Made by a program: the position numbers and the translations under genes
Notes under the pieces: model-generated
Told to the model about the DNA's origin: nothing
Seen by the model: only the letters and a program-made list of their open reading frames with translations
The model's database searches: none
Shown here: piece after piece, positions 50,052-50,144 of the stretch
Position numbering within the stretch: position 1 is the stretch's first letter
Layout of the letters: the number at the start of each line of letters is the position of its first letter
Assembly (NCBI GenBank): GCA_038065675.1
Contig: JBBTQM010000016.1
Span: 1 to 50,144 of the forward strand
Direction: 5' to 3'
DNA: 50,144 bases
DNA from: Patescibacteria group bacterium
GTDB lineage: Bacteria; Patescibacteriota; Minisyncoccia; Phycocordibacterales; VMEP01

Positions 50052-50144
50052 TGTCCGGAATTGTCGTTTTTAAATCTACTCAACCCCTCTAAATTTCCTC
50101 AAATCTTACCCCCGGGCTTACGGAGACGCTGGCATTGCTGATTT

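Noticed and set aside
1-50144. CRISPR arrays, rRNA genes, IS transposases and toxin-antitoxin pairs of known type.
   Set aside because: I saw no regularly spaced direct repeats, no rRNA-like conserved stretches and no DDE or HUH transposase motifs. The only recombinase is the large serine recombinase at 42677-44380.

Overview
About 50 kb from a small-genome bacterium. It is probably a Candidate Phyla Radiation (Parcubacteria-like) organism. This is an inference from four things: no rpmD (L30) between rpsE and rplO, GWISF-repeat surface proteins, low-complexity extensions on r-proteins, and a tail-fibre-like cell-surface protein. The backbone is fusA (5' truncated), tuf, then the S10/spc ribosomal superoperon (rpsJ ... 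rplO, secY, adk, map). After that come a surface-protein cluster with a VirD4/TraD-like ATPase, ndk, a beta-CASP MBL RNase, a LOG-like gene, infC-rpmI-rplT, a secreted coiled-coil protein and an HtrA-like protease. The window ends with an island of about 8.2 kb, ssrA (tmRNA), smpB, ftsH, tRNA-Ile(UAU), a single-domain response regulator and recG. Main observations: (1) Self-contained cargo cassettes break the ribosomal superoperon at four junctions (rpsJ|rplC, rplB|rpsS, rplE|rpsN, adk|map). Three of them end in an outward sigma70-like promoter. One is bracketed by a synonymously diverged duplicate of the rplB 3' end. One carries an AT-rich two-gene module (ClpP-fold SDH-type serine protease plus a membrane-anchored partner), which I rate as the best candidate for an undescribed system. 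(2) A large-serine-recombinase island sits at the 3' end of ssrA. It has a tmRNA-like relic at its far boundary and a three-gene operon of unknown function. (3) A family of compound-hairpin repeats fills the intergenic spacers of the r-protein operon. There are also other conserved hairpins and a riboswitch-like leader. All family names come from my own reading of motifs; nothing was searched.
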